Shown here one piece after another: positions 10,244-21,069 of a stretch of DNA of 64,000 bases. Positions within the stretch are counted from its first letter, which is position 1; every line of letters starts with the position of its first letter. The position numbers and the translations under genes were made by a program. The notes under the pieces were generated by a model. It searched no databases and was not told the DNA's origin. It saw only the letters and a list, made by a program, of their open reading frames with translations. This DNA is from a bacterium. GTDB lineage: Bacteria > UBA8248. The stretch covers positions 1-64,000 of the forward strand of contig CBDBZY010000043.1 in assembly GCA_965213685.1 (NCBI GenBank), written 5' to 3'.

Positions 10244-12404
10244 ATGGCGCATCTCGCGGAGGAGGGGCAACCGGCCGCCGCCGTTGATCCGGTCGTCGAG
10301 CCTGCGCGTCGCTATCTGAATCGCGAGTTGTCCTGGCTCGCCTTCAACTGGCGGGTGCTCGCCGAGGCGAGCAACCATCGCCATCCCCTGCTCGAGCGGT
10401 TGCGCTTCCTGTCGATATCGGCGAGCAATCTCGACGAGTTTTTCATGGTGCGCCTGGCGGGCCTCAAGGGCCAGGTGGCCAATGGCGTCACCCAAAAGAG
10501 TCTGGATGGACGGGCGCCCGAGGAGCAGTTGGGCGCGGTCGCCAAGGAGAGCGCGCGGCTGATTCGCGAGCAGGAGGCGGTGTGGGCGCGCCTGCAGGGC
10601 GAGCTGGCCTGTGCCGGCATCTCGATGATGGACGCGGAGCGTCTCGGCCCCGACGAGCTGGCCTGGCTCGGCGATTGCTTCCTGGAGCAGGTCTTTCCCG
10701 TGTTGACGCCCCTGGCCATCGACCCGGCGCACCCGTTCCCGTTCATCGCCAACCGCGGCTTCTCCCTGGCACTCGAACTCGAAACCGCCGATGGTGCCCG
10801 GACGATGCGCGCCCCTGGTGCCGCTGCCCGCCCAGGTGCGCCGGTTTATCCGTCTGCCGGGGGAGAGCGTCCGGTTCGTCGCGCTGGAGAATCTGGTCCG
10901 GTCGTTCATCGACCACTTGTTTCCCGGCTACCGGATCGTCGGCAGCGGCGTGTTCCGCCTCATCCGCGACAGCGACATCGAATACGAGGAGGAGGCGGAA
11001 GACCTCGTCCTCTTGTTTGAGACCATGCTGCGCCAGCGGAGGCACGGCAGCGTGGTGCGCCTCAGCCTCAGCGCCGACATGCCGGCCTCCCTGCGCGACC
11101 TGGTGATAGACGAGTTCGACGCGCAGCCCGAGGATATCGTGGAGTTGACCGGCATGGTCGGCATGGCGCAGCTCGGCGAGCTGATCGATTGCGGGCGGCC
11201 GGATTTGATGTTTCCCGCCTACCAGCCGCGCTTTCCCGAGCGCATTCGCGAGCACGACAACGATTGCTTCGCGGCGATTCGCCACAAGGACATCATCGTC
11301 CACCACCCCTACGAGAGCTTCGACGTGGTGGTGCAGTTCCTCGAGCAGGCGGCGGCCGACCCGAACGTGCTGGCGATCAAGCAGACGCTGTATCGGACGA
11401 CCGCCGAGTCGCCGATCGTCAAGGCGCTGATCGCGGCGGCGGAATCGGGCAAGTCGGTCACTGCGCTCGTGGAGCTCAAGGCGCGGTTCGACGAGGAGGC
11501 GAACCTCAAGCTCTCCCGATCGCTCGAGCGCGCCGGCGTGCACGTGGTCTATGGCTTCATGAAGCTCAAGACGCACGCCAAGGTCACCTGCGTCGTGCGG
11601 CGCGAAGGCGACGGCCTGCGCACCTACGTGCATTTCGGAACCGGCAATTACCATCCGATCACCGCGCGCATCTATACCGACCTGTCCTTTTTCACCTGCG
11701 ACGCGCGCCTCGCCCGCGACGCCGCGCGGGTGTTCAACCTGACCACGGGCTACGCGCTGCCGCGAAGCTTCGAGTGCGTCGCCGTGGCCCCCTCCGGGTT
11801 GCGTCATTCGGTGCTGGCGCTGATAGACGAGGAGATCGCCAACGCCGAGGCCGGGCGGCCGGCCGCGGTCTGGGCGAAGATGAACGCGCTGGTCGATAAA
11901 GCGGTCATCGACAAGCTGTACGAGGCGAGCGCCGCCGGGGTGCAAGTCGACCTGGTGGTGCGCGGCGTGTGCTGCCTGCGTCCGGGCGTTCCGGGCATGT
12001 CCGAGAACGTTCGGGTGAAGAGCATCATCGGGCGTTTTCTCGAGCACTCGCGGGTCGTCTGCTTCGCCAACGGCCACCCGCTGCCCTCGCCCCGCGCCAA
12101 GGTGTTCATCACCTCGGCCGACTGGATGCCGCGCAATTTTGATCGCCGCTGCGAGGTGCTGGTGCCGATAGAAAACGAGACCGTGCACCAGCAAGTCCTC
12201 GAGCAGATCATGGTGGCCAATTTCAAGGACGACGCGCAAAGCTGGCTCATGGCCGGCGATGGCAGCTACGCCCGGGCGCCGCTCGGCGAGGCGGATTTCG
12301 CGGCGCACACGTATTTCATGACGAATCCGAGTCTGTCCGGCCGCGGGAGCGCGCTGCGGCGGGCCGGCGGCCCGGCGAGGTTGCGGATTGCGCAAGACGG
12401 CTGA
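10244..12404 (+). CDS. ppk1: Polyphosphate kinase 1 (frameshift near 10812)
   Basis: '[13 protein letters not shown]', '[10 protein letters not shown]', 'HHPYESF', 'ELKARFDEE', 'KTHAK', 'GRFLEHSR'; split across two ORFs. Confidence 0.95.
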
Positions 12405-13927
12405 AGGCCTCAATCCGGCGGATGGGTCGCGGGGCGCCGGAGAGCGGTATGGCGTCATCGACGTCGGCTCGAACTCGATTCGCCTGGTCGTGTTCCACGG
12501 CGTGCGGCGCGTGCCGCTGCCCCTGTTCAACGAAAAAATCATGTGCGGCCTCGGCCGCTGCCTGCATGATACCGGCAGGCTCTCCCCGGAGGGCGTCGAA
12601 CTGGCGCTCGCGAACCTCGAGCGCTTCGGTATTTTGCTGCGGGCGATGGAGGTGGGGACGTTCGACGCGGTCGCCACCGCTGCGGTGCGCGACGCGGCGG
12701 ACGGCGGCGCGTTCGTCGCCGAGGTCGAGCGGCGCTGCGGTTTTCGCGTGCGCGTCCTCTCCGGTGCGGAAGAAGCGGAGATGGCGGCCCTCGGCGTGCT
12801 GAGCGGCATGCCGGGGGCGGATGGCGTGGTGGGCGACCTCGGCGGCGGCAGCCTGGAGCTGGTCCGCCTGGTGGATGGAGAGATCGCCGAGCAGGCGACG
12901 CTGCCCCTGGGGCCGCTCCACCTCGCCGCGGCCGCGGGCGGCGCGCGCAGGCGCGCGCGGGGGATCGTCGATGCGGCCCTGGCCGGATTGTCCTGGCTCG
13001 GCAAAACGCGCGGGCGCGCGTTCTACGCCGTCGGCGGCAACTGGCGGGCGTTGGCGCGGGCGCACATGTCGCAGGTCGGCTATCCGCTCAGCATCATCCA
13101 TCATTACCGGCTGCGCCGGGGCGCGATCGCCAGGGTGGCCGGCCTGGTCGCCCGCCAGAGCCGCGGTTCGTTGGCGGGCATTGGCGGCGTGTCGGGCCGG
13201 CGGCTGGATTTGCTGCCGCTCGCCGCGTTGGTGATGGAGCGCCTGCTGGCCGCCGCCGCGCCGCGCGAGGTCGTTTTCTCCGCACTCGGCCTGCGCGAGG
13301 GGCTGGCCTTCGCGCGTCTGGAGGAGCGCTTCCGGGGAGAGGACCCGCTCCTCGACGCGGTGCGCGGCATGGCGGCCCCGCTCCGCCCGCTTCCCCGAGC
13401 GCGGCGCCGAACTGGCCGGTTGGACGCGCGGCCTGTTTCCGAACGAGACGCCGCCCGAGCGCCGGCTGCGCCACGCCGCCTGCCTGCTCGGCGACATTGG
13501 GTGGCGGACGCACCCGGACTACCGGGCCGCCCACGCCGGCGCCGAGGTGCTGCGCGCGCACGCCCTGCACGGGAGCCACCAGGAACGGGCCTTCCTCTCC
13601 CTGGCCGTTTTTGGGCGCTATACGAGTCGGGAGACGACCGGCGAATTGCGCGCCGCCGAGAGGCTGCTGGGCGAGGAGGCCGTCAGGCGCGCGCGGGTCA
13701 CCGGCCTGGCCATTCGCCTGGGGGCGACCTTGTCCGGCGGCGTGCCCGGGGTGCTGGATCGCTTCTCGCTGCGGCCCGCGCCGCGCGGCGGTGCGTTGAG
13801 GCTGGAGTGCCGGGGCAGGGACCGCAATTTGCTGGGGGAAGTCGTCCTGCGCCGCTTCGATACCCTGGCCAGACTGATGGGGCTGTCGCCAGAGTTGCGG
13901 TTGCGCGAAGGCGATGGCGCGGATTGA
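12388..13927 (+). CDS. ppx: Exopolyphosphatase Ppx/GppA (frameshift near 13378)
   Basis: '[10 protein letters not shown]', 'DLGGGSLE', 'GLREG'; the C-terminal '[16 protein letters not shown]' is in the shifted frame ending at 13927. Confidence 0.92.
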
Positions 13928-14828
13928 CCCGGACGGCGGCGGGTGCGCGCGCGGGAGGGAGAGGAGCGCCTTGCGGATGAAACGGCGGCGAGAGGCGAGG
14001 AGAGAGCGGGGCCGCTTTCCGGGACTGGTCGCGGCGGCCGGGGTTTTTGGATGGTTCTGGTTCGCGGCGTCTTGCGCCCCCTCGCCGGCGTGCGGGGGGG
14101 CTTTGCCGAACCTGGAAGCCTCGGAGGAGCCCGCAGCAGCGCCGATGGTCGTGCGCGTGGACGCCTGGGCGCCCCCGCCGCCGGAGGAGGCCGCCGTTCT
14201 GGCCGACCGGATGCTGCGAAGGGAAAGCGACGACTTGCTGCTGGACGCCGGGCGACGTCGGCGCGCCATTCGCGAGGCGGAGCGCGCTCTGGCGCGGCTG
14301 CGCGGGGCGCATCCGGAGGTCGCGGACGTTCCCGCACGGGAGGATCATCGGCCCGGGGTGCTGCTCCTGGGGCTGGCGCCGGATTTGTTCGCCGCCGTCT
14401 CGGGTCTTCTGGAGGCCGGAGGCGGTCCCGTCGCGTTGCGCACCGGGGATGCGGCGTTCGACGCCCTCAACCGACATCTTGGCTTATGGGGCGTGCGGCT
14501 GTTCCCCGCCACCGGCGTCGTCGCCATGTATTTCAACGAGCACTTGAACGTGGATGCGGCGCGGCGGGCGTATGGGATGATGGGGGGAGTCCGGCACGCG
14601 GCGCCCGACGCGCGCCTGGGAGACGGCTCTGACGTCGCAGCCTCAAGGTCAGGCGGAACTTGGCGCCTCGTCGCCCGCAAGGCGCGGGGGGACTGCCCGT
14701 CCGGGTGCCTGCGAGAGGAGTTGCTCTTCTTCACCCTCCGGGGCGGCGAGGTCGAACGGGTGGAGCCCGCGCGGGCGATGGGCATGCTCGGGTTCGCCGA
14801 ACTCATCGCGCGCAGGGGGTGGCGTTGA
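13914..14828 (+). CDS. Hypothetical exported protein/lipoprotein
   Basis: Basic then hydrophobic N-terminus with Cys; C-terminal 'GDGSD...GDCPSGC' motif; true start uncertain. Confidence 0.55.
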   Translation: MARIDPDGGGCARGRERSALRMKRRREARRERGRFPGLVAAAGVFGWFWFAASCAPSPACGGALPNLEASEEPAAAPMVVRVDAWAPPPPEEAAVLADRMLRRESDDLLLDAGRRRRAIREAERALARLRGAHPEVADVPAREDHRPGVLLLGLAPDLFAAVSGLLEAGGGPVALRTGDAAFDALNRHLGLWGVRLFPATGVVAMYFNEHLNVDAARRAYGMMGGVRHAAPDARLGDGSDVAASRSGGTWRLVARKARGDCPSGCLREELLFFTLRGGEVERVEPARAMGMLGFAELIARRGWR

Positions 14829-14971
14829 CGCCGGAGGAGGGGTATGAGAACGGCTTGATTCCGCACGGCGGCTGCGCGTGCGGCATGCTGGAGGCATCAC
14901 TTGTCAACCACGGGGCGGCGGGATAACCGTCCAACAATCGGGAAGCAGACGCAACGGGAGGAGTTCACAAC

Positions 14972-15349
14972 ATGAAAGTCGCATACGTTTTCGCCACTGA
15001 CATGGCGGCGACCTACAAGCTCGCCACCATGATCCTGCCGCAACTCGAGGACGGCTCGCACGGGGTGAACGTCGTCGGCATGTTCTTCTTCGACGACAAC
15101 ATGTTTTGCCTGCGCGCGGGCGATCCCGTCGGGGAGCGCCTGGCGAAGGTCGCCGAGGAGCGGAACATGCTCCTCATGATCTGCGATCAGTGCGCCGTGC
15201 GGCGCAACCTGGCCGAGGGCACCCTGGAGCAATGCGGAAAAGGAGAGGTCCGGGCGAAGGGCACGGTCGCCGGAGTGCAGGCCGGCTGCTTCCCCCAGCT
15301 CTACGCCGCACTCGCCCCCGCCGCCCCCGACCTGGTCATTACGCTTTGA
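14972..15349 (+). CDS. DsrE-related protein (SaoD-like)
   Basis: Strong RBS (GGAGGAG); 'MKVAYVF', 'PQLE.G.HG..V.GMFFF.DN', 'CDQCA', 'GCFPQLY', 'VITL'. Confidence 0.75.
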   Translation: MKVAYVFATDMAATYKLATMILPQLEDGSHGVNVVGMFFFDDNMFCLRAGDPVGERLAKVAEERNMLLMICDQCAVRRNLAEGTLEQCGKGEVRAKGTVAGVQAGCFPQLYAALAPAAPDLVITL

Positions 15350-15442
15350 GCGCCCGGGGCAGGGCGGGCGCCCGCCGCGCGGTGCGACCGGAGCTCGTCC
15401 TGCCCCATCGCCCGCGCGAAGGCCGCCTTCTCATGAAACCCC

Positions 15443-16283
15443 CTATGCGTCGCCGGGCCGGCTTGAGGAGAGCACGCAGTAGGAGTAGAGCCCCATCAGA
15501 TTGGAAAGCCCCGCCGCGGCTTCGGGCGCGTAGCGTTCGCCGACTTCTAGCATTCCTCCGGATTCGGCCACCCGGAGGTTGTGTTTTCTCCTCGAACACG
15601 GACAGATCGTCGAAGCCTGTCAGCCATTTCACGCCGAAGCTGTTTTCAAACAAATCCGTGGCTTCGGTGATTTCCGCATCGCCGGTCGTGCGCCGGATCA
15701 CCTTGTCCGAGAAATAATCCAGGGCGATGGTCATGGAGGGGATGCGTCCGCGCAATCGATCCAGAAAATCGTGGATCAGCTCGGCCGGCAGATACATGGT
15801 GTTTCCCTCCCACACGAACAGGGTGGGACTCTCGACGTCCATGCCCATCTCGGCGAGCTTCCGGGGCAGGTCGACCTCCAGGTAATTGCACGGCACCCCG
15901 GGGCAGGGCGCGACGCCGCGCTCCTCGAGCACCCTTCGCTTGAATTGCAGCACCGCCGGCTGATCCACGTCGCAGAATGCGACGCCCTCGGTGCGAAAAA
16001 TCTCCGAGCGCATGTCGAAGCCCGCACCCAGAGAGACGACCTGCCGCACGCCGGCCTCTATCCCGCGCTGGAGTATCTCGTTCATGATGCACACCCGGTA
16101 GCGCACCACCTCCTGTGCAAGCGGATGCGCCTCGATGAGGTTTCGCACCCTCTCCCTGATCCCGTCGTTGACGAACCACTCCGCATACGGGTCGTCGAAC
16201 AGCTTTTGCTCCTGCTCGCTCTCCATCGCGCGAATGCAGGAGATGACGAACGCCGTCGCGCCGATTTCGTTGATTTCCACCAC
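15443..16283 (-). CDS. SAM-dependent methyltransferase, LCM/Ppm1-like family (frameshift near 15585)
   Basis: 'RAMES....LFDDPYA', 'QVVSLGAGFDMR', 'DVDQP', 'WEGNTMYL'; removing one A restores a C-terminus ending at 15443. Confidence 0.85.
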
Positions 16284-16563
16284 CGCGCCTCCTCGGAATT
16301 GTGCGTGGACGATCCATTCTCTTCGATAGCAAAGGGATGGGCCAGTCGCCGGAACTCGATGGACACCATGATAGCGGAGCGCGGCGGCGACGGGCAATCC
16401 GGCGCGGCGCGCGCGCTCCCTCGCCTGCGGAGGCGCGCGACCTGAAAGTGCGGGTTGCGCAAATTATATGGAGATGGCAAAGTGGGGGACATTACCGCCA
16501 CAAACGGGTTTTGCCTGCCCTGTCATATGTACTCCCCCACCATCCCGGAAGGGAGGGAAGACC

Positions 16564-17553
16564 ATGTCGATCCCGAAACGAATGCTCGTCCTCGCCGCCG
16601 TCGCGATTCTCTGGAGCGCTCCGGCACTCGCCCAGAAGTTTCCCTCGAAGCCGATGGAGCTGGTGTGCACGACCTCGCCGGGTTCGAGCGTTGCGGTCTG
16701 GTGCCAGCTTCTCGCCCAGGAGTTTCCCAAGGTGCTCGGCGTGCCCATGCGGGTGACGTTCAAGAGCGGCGGCTCCCAGCACGAGCCGGTTCTCTACGTC
16801 GCCGGCAAGCCCGCTGACGGGCACATCATCATGCACATCAGCGCCAGTTTCTACGGGTATTTCCATCTGCCGCACTACCGGAAGTCCTACGCGGATTTCC
16901 AGACGCTGGCCCAGGTGGAGAAGCACGTCTATGGCGTCGCGGTGAAATGCGACAACAAGTATGGCATCAAGACGCTCGAGGATCTCATCGCCTACGCCAA
17001 GAAGAACCCCGGCAAGCTGGCGATGGGCTCCAACAAGAGGGGCTCGACGCATCACCGCCATCAACTGGCCTTCCTCAAGGCCGCAGGCATCGGGCACGCC
17101 GTTCGCACCATATTCTACAGGGGCGACGGCAACGTGGTGAAGGACGTCCTCGGCGGCCATCTCCCCAGCGGGCAGGCCTCGCCGCGCACGTGGAGGCCGC
17201 ATATCGAGGCGGGAACCATCTGCCCGCTCGTCTCGCAGACCGAGAAACGCCTCTCGCACGACCCGATATGGAAGAACGTCCGGAGCGCGCCGGAAGCCGG
17301 CCTCAAATACGATCTTCCGCTCCACTGGCAGGGGCTCATGGTCAAGCGGGGCACGCCGGAGCCGATCATGAAGAAACTGCGCGCCGCCGTGTACAAGGTG
17401 ACCAGCTCGCCCGACTACAAGGACTATCTCGCCAAGGGAACGCACATCGTCCTGGACGTCAAGACGGACAAAGAGTGGCTCAACAAGGACATGGCGAAGA
17501 ACCAGGCGATCGTGAAAAAATTCATGATCGACCACAAGATCATCAAGAAATAG
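16564..17553 (+). CDS. tctC: Tripartite tricarboxylate transporter substrate-binding protein (Bug/TctC)
   Basis: Signal peptide, 'FPSKPMELV', 'PADGH', 'AKKNPGKL', 'DVLGGH'; precedes tctB and tctA. Confidence 0.9.
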   Translation: MSIPKRMLVLAAVAILWSAPALAQKFPSKPMELVCTTSPGSSVAVWCQLLAQEFPKVLGVPMRVTFKSGGSQHEPVLYVAGKPADGHIIMHISASFYGYFHLPHYRKSYADFQTLAQVEKHVYGVAVKCDNKYGIKTLEDLIAYAKKNPGKLAMGSNKRGSTHHRHQLAFLKAAGIGHAVRTIFYRGDGNVVKDVLGGHLPSGQASPRTWRPHIEAGTICPLVSQTEKRLSHDPIWKNVRSAPEAGLKYDLPLHWQGLMVKRGTPEPIMKKLRAAVYKVTSSPDYKDYLAKGTHIVLDVKTDKEWLNKDMAKNQAIVKKFMIDHKIIKK

Positions 17554-17608
17554 ACGGAACGGAGCGGACGGCGGAAGGTTTCGCCGTCGCCCCTAAGGTG
17601 CCGCGAAC

Positions 17609-18157
17609 ATGACGGAAGAAAAAGGAAAGAGCGCGTCGTCTCCCTATGAGTGGGAGGCCCCGATGAGGGCGGTGGTGTTGACCACCACCGCCCTCATCCT
17701 GGGGGGACTCGCGTTTCTCTACTATGAAACCTACAAGATGCAGCCTCCCTACGAGCCGGGGTATCCGGGCGACGCCTTTTTCCCCCGCCTGGCTCTCGGC
17801 TTCTCCATGATGTGGGCGGTCATCGTCCTGGGGCGCGGCGTTTTCCTGCCCCAGGCGGCCGCCGCCGCCGGCGGGGAGGCCGCCCACCTGTGGATGCATT
17901 GGCTGGAGTTCGCCTCCGTCGTCGCGGCGGTTCTCCTGTACGCGCTTCTGCTGGAGCGGGTGGGCTTTGAAATCATGACCGTCGCCCTCCTCATGTTTCT
18001 GCTCGTCCCGCGCATGGGGGCGGTTTCCGCCCCGCGCGAGGCGCTGCTGCTGGGGTTCGCGCTGTCGCTGGCGACGATGCTCATCCTGTATCTGGGACTG
18101 GTGCCGATGCTGAACATCCCGTTGCCGCTCAAATTCTTGCCAGTCTACATCCTCTAG
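17609..18157 (+). CDS. tctB: Tripartite tricarboxylate transporter small permease
   Basis: Four hydrophobic segments, 'PG.AFFPR', 'LLERVGF', 'LNIPLP'. Confidence 0.85.
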   Translation: MTEEKGKSASSPYEWEAPMRAVVLTTTALILGGLAFLYYETYKMQPPYEPGYPGDAFFPRLALGFSMMWAVIVLGRGVFLPQAAAAAGGEAAHLWMHWLEFASVVAAVLLYALLLERVGFEIMTVALLMFLLVPRMGAVSAPREALLLGFALSLATMLILYLGLVPMLNIPLPLKFLPVYIL

Positions 18158-18187
18158 GGGCCGTAATTCACGGAAGGGCCGTGATCG

Positions 18188-19723
18188 ATGGAAGGGACTC
18201 TCGCGCACATACTTGGAGCGGTCGGCCAGCTCTCCTCGGTCGCCATCCTCCTGATCATGCTGGGGGGGGTCGCGATCGGCGTCCTCATGGGCGCCATGCC
18301 GGGGTTCGGCAGCTCCCAGGCACTGGCGCTTCTCTTCCCCCTGACCTTCACGATGCCGGTGGAGCACGCGACCATGTTCTTCCTCGCCGTGTATTCCGGG
18401 GTCGAATACGGGAGCTCCATCCCGGCCATCCTGATCCGCACGCCGGGGACGGGAGCCTCGGCGGTCACCGTCCTCGACGGCTACGCCATGACCCGCAACG
18501 GGCTGGCGCGCAAGGCGCTGCGCATCTCCCTCTACTCGGGCGTGATCGGCGGCGTCACCAGCACGCTGATCTTCATCGTCGCCGGAACCTCGCTCGGCCA
18601 CGTCGCCCTGATGTTCGGCCCGGGCGAGTTGTTCGCGGTCGGCGTGTTCGGCCTGTCGATCGTGGCGAGCTTTTTCGGAAAAGACGCCGCGCGCGGCTTC
18701 CTCGCCACCGGCATCGGGCTGCTGCTGGCCACGGTCGGGAGCTCCGGCTTCGGCGGGCTGCGGTTCACCTTCGACCAGGGCTATCTGATGGACGGCATCC
18801 CGCTCGTCGTCATCATCATCGCCTTTCTCGCCGGGCCGGAGGCGTTCCACCTTCTGGTGGACCATCGCAGAACGATAGAGGCCAAGGAGGCCGCCAGCCA
18901 GCGCGCCACCCGCGATCGCAACCGGATCCGGCCGGAGGAGATACGCAAGCTCATCCCCACGTGGATTCGCGCGAGCCTCATCGGGACGGGGGTGGGCGCC
19001 ATCCCGGGCGCGGGCGGTTCCATCGCCGGGATGCTGGCCTACAGCGAGGAGAAGCGGTGGTCGAGGCGCTCGGAGGAGTTCGGCACCGGCATCGCCGAGG
19101 GCGTCGCCGCCCCCGAGTGCTCGAACAACGCCCTCGTCGCCGGCACGCTCGTCCCCTCGCTCTCGCTGGGCATCCCGGGTTCGGGGGGTGCGGCGATCCT
19201 CCTGGGCGTGCTGATCAGCAAGGGGCTCGTTCCCGGCCCCCTGCTCTTTCGGGACAACGGCGTCTTCGTCATGACGGTGTTCGTCGGCCTTCTCGTGATC
19301 AACGTCTTCCTCCTGGGCACGGGCCTCATCGGCACCCGCGCCTTCAGCCTGGTCGCCAAGGTGCCCCGGCGCATCCTCGGGCCGTTTGTCCTGATCCTCA
19401 TCGTCGCCGGCAGCTACGCCTACGCGAACTACACGGCACATGTCGTGATGGTGATCGTTCTGGCGGCACTCGCGTATTTCTTCGAGAAGATCAACATTCC
19501 CGTCGTGCCCATCGTGCTGGCGTTCATCATGGGGCCGATCATCGAGATCAACCTCAGTCGTGCGCTGACGATCTCGGGCGGCGACATGGCGAGCCTCCTG
19601 CTCAGTCCCATCACGGCGACGATCCTCGCCCTGTCCGTGATCACCGCGATCTACAGCATGGCCGCGATGTTTCGCGCGGCGAAGCTGGGGGTGGCCGGCG
19701 GCGGCGCTTCCGAATCGCCGTGA
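18188..19723 (+). CDS. tctA: Tripartite tricarboxylate transporter large permease
   Basis: 'GAMPG', 'YGSSIPAILIRTPG', 'GVAAPECSNNA', 'LSLGIPGS'. Confidence 0.95.
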   Translation: MEGTLAHILGAVGQLSSVAILLIMLGGVAIGVLMGAMPGFGSSQALALLFPLTFTMPVEHATMFFLAVYSGVEYGSSIPAILIRTPGTGASAVTVLDGYAMTRNGLARKALRISLYSGVIGGVTSTLIFIVAGTSLGHVALMFGPGELFAVGVFGLSIVASFFGKDAARGFLATGIGLLLATVGSSGFGGLRFTFDQGYLMDGIPLVVIIIAFLAGPEAFHLLVDHRRTIEAKEAASQRATRDRNRIRPEEIRKLIPTWIRASLIGTGVGAIPGAGGSIAGMLAYSEEKRWSRRSEEFGTGIAEGVAAPECSNNALVAGTLVPSLSLGIPGSGGAAILLGVLISKGLVPGPLLFRDNGVFVMTVFVGLLVINVFLLGTGLIGTRAFSLVAKVPRRILGPFVLILIVAGSYAYANYTAHVVMVIVLAALAYFFEKINIPVVPIVLAFIMGPIIEINLSRALTISGGDMASLLLSPITATILALSVITAIYSMAAMFRAAKLGVAGGGASESP

Positions 19724-19856
19724 ACCGCCGGAGGCGATGGCTGCGCTCTCCTCCCCCCGCCCGTCGTCGGGTATCGATGGAGACGCGGCGCAGCCCGCTG
19801 CCGGGCCGCGCGGCGTGGAGCGGGAGGGCGGCGGGCGGAGAAGGCGGTCCCCGCCC

Positions 19857-20939
19857 ATGAACGTTTCCAGACGCCGCATCCTGGGGGCCGCGTCCATGGT
19901 CGCGCCCCTGGCCGTCCTCGGGACGCCCGGTGCCGCGCGCGCCTCGATGGTCGGTCGCCTGTTCGACTGGCTGAACAACCGCCCCGTCGAGACGCCCGAA
20001 CCCGGGGAGGGAATCCTGGAGTTCGCCGCGCGCGTCCTGCCGGAGGTCACCGCGAACGAGAAATTCTACGTGCAGAGCATCGGCCCCGCCCCTCCCTCGC
20101 TGTCCCCGCGGCGGTGGCGGCTGAGAATCCGGGGCGAGGTGGCCGCGCCGCTCGCCCTTTCCTTGTCGGATTTGAACGCGCTGCCGGAGGAGACGGCCTG
20201 GGCGACGATCACCTGCATCGGCAATCCGGTGGGCGGCGGGCAGATAGGCAACGCCCTGTGGGGCGGGGTGCCGCTGCGGGGGCTCATCGAGCGCGCGGGC
20301 CTGGCCGGAGGCGTCCGCCGCTCGGTCTCCGCCCGCGTCGTCTTTCGCGCGGCGGACGGCTACCATGACTCCATCGACCTCGCACAGGCCCTGGACCCGA
20401 GAACCCTTCTGTGCACGCGCATGAACGGGGCGCCCCTTCCGCGGGCACATGGCGCTCCGCTCCGGCTCCTGGTGCCGGGCGTCTATGGCCTCAAGAACGT
20501 GAAGTGGATCGAATCCATCGAAATTTCCACGAAGGGGCACGGCGGCTACTGGCAAAGGCGCGGCTGGTCGGATGAGGCGGTCGTCGAGACGCTCAGCCGC
20601 TTCGAGGCGCCCAGAAGGCGCGTCCGGGTTCGCGCGCGCAGCATCTGGCTTGTCGGCTCCGCTTTCGCGGGGGAGCGGGGGATTCGCAAGGTGGAGGTGA
20701 CCTACGGCCAGGGGAGGCGCTTGCGGCCCTGGGCGCCCGCCCTGCTCAAAAAACCTCTCGGGCCTCTCGCGTGGAGCGTCTGGGCGTTTCCCATGCGGTT
20801 TCGGGAAAACGGGTTCTACCCGGCGCAGGTGCGGGCGGTGGACGGCGGCGGGGCGGTGCAGGCGGAGCGGATTTCCGACCCGCAGCCGGGCGGTGCGACC
20901 GGGCGGATGGGGCTGAGCGTCTCGGTGGGCGGGCTGTAG
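19857..20939 (+). CDS. Tat-exported molybdopterin-dependent oxidoreductase, sulfite oxidase family
   Basis: 'SRRRIL' twin-Arg signal; Mo-ligand Cys in 'ITCIGN', 'GNALWGGVPL', 'HGAPLRLLVPGVYGLKNVKW'. Confidence 0.88.
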   Translation: MNVSRRRILGAASMVAPLAVLGTPGAARASMVGRLFDWLNNRPVETPEPGEGILEFAARVLPEVTANEKFYVQSIGPAPPSLSPRRWRLRIRGEVAAPLALSLSDLNALPEETAWATITCIGNPVGGGQIGNALWGGVPLRGLIERAGLAGGVRRSVSARVVFRAADGYHDSIDLAQALDPRTLLCTRMNGAPLPRAHGAPLRLLVPGVYGLKNVKWIESIEISTKGHGGYWQRRGWSDEAVVETLSRFEAPRRRVRVRARSIWLVGSAFAGERGIRKVEVTYGQGRRLRPWAPALLKKPLGPLAWSVWAFPMRFRENGFYPAQVRAVDGGGAVQAERISDPQPGGATGRMGLSVSVGGL

Positions 20940-20969
20940 GCGCGCGGCGAGCGGGCGCGCGACCCACGG

Positions 20970-21009
20970 AAAAACCCCGCCGGCGTGTGCGCGACCGGCG
21001 GGGTTTTTT
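20970..21009. terminator. Bidirectional intrinsic terminator
   Basis: AAAAACCCCGCCGG-loop-CCGGCGGGGTTTTTT between convergent genes. Confidence 0.9.
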
Positions 21010-21069
21010 GTGCTGCCGGAAAGGGGAGGGGCGTCCCCCGTATACTACCCTATACGAACGCGGCCCCTA

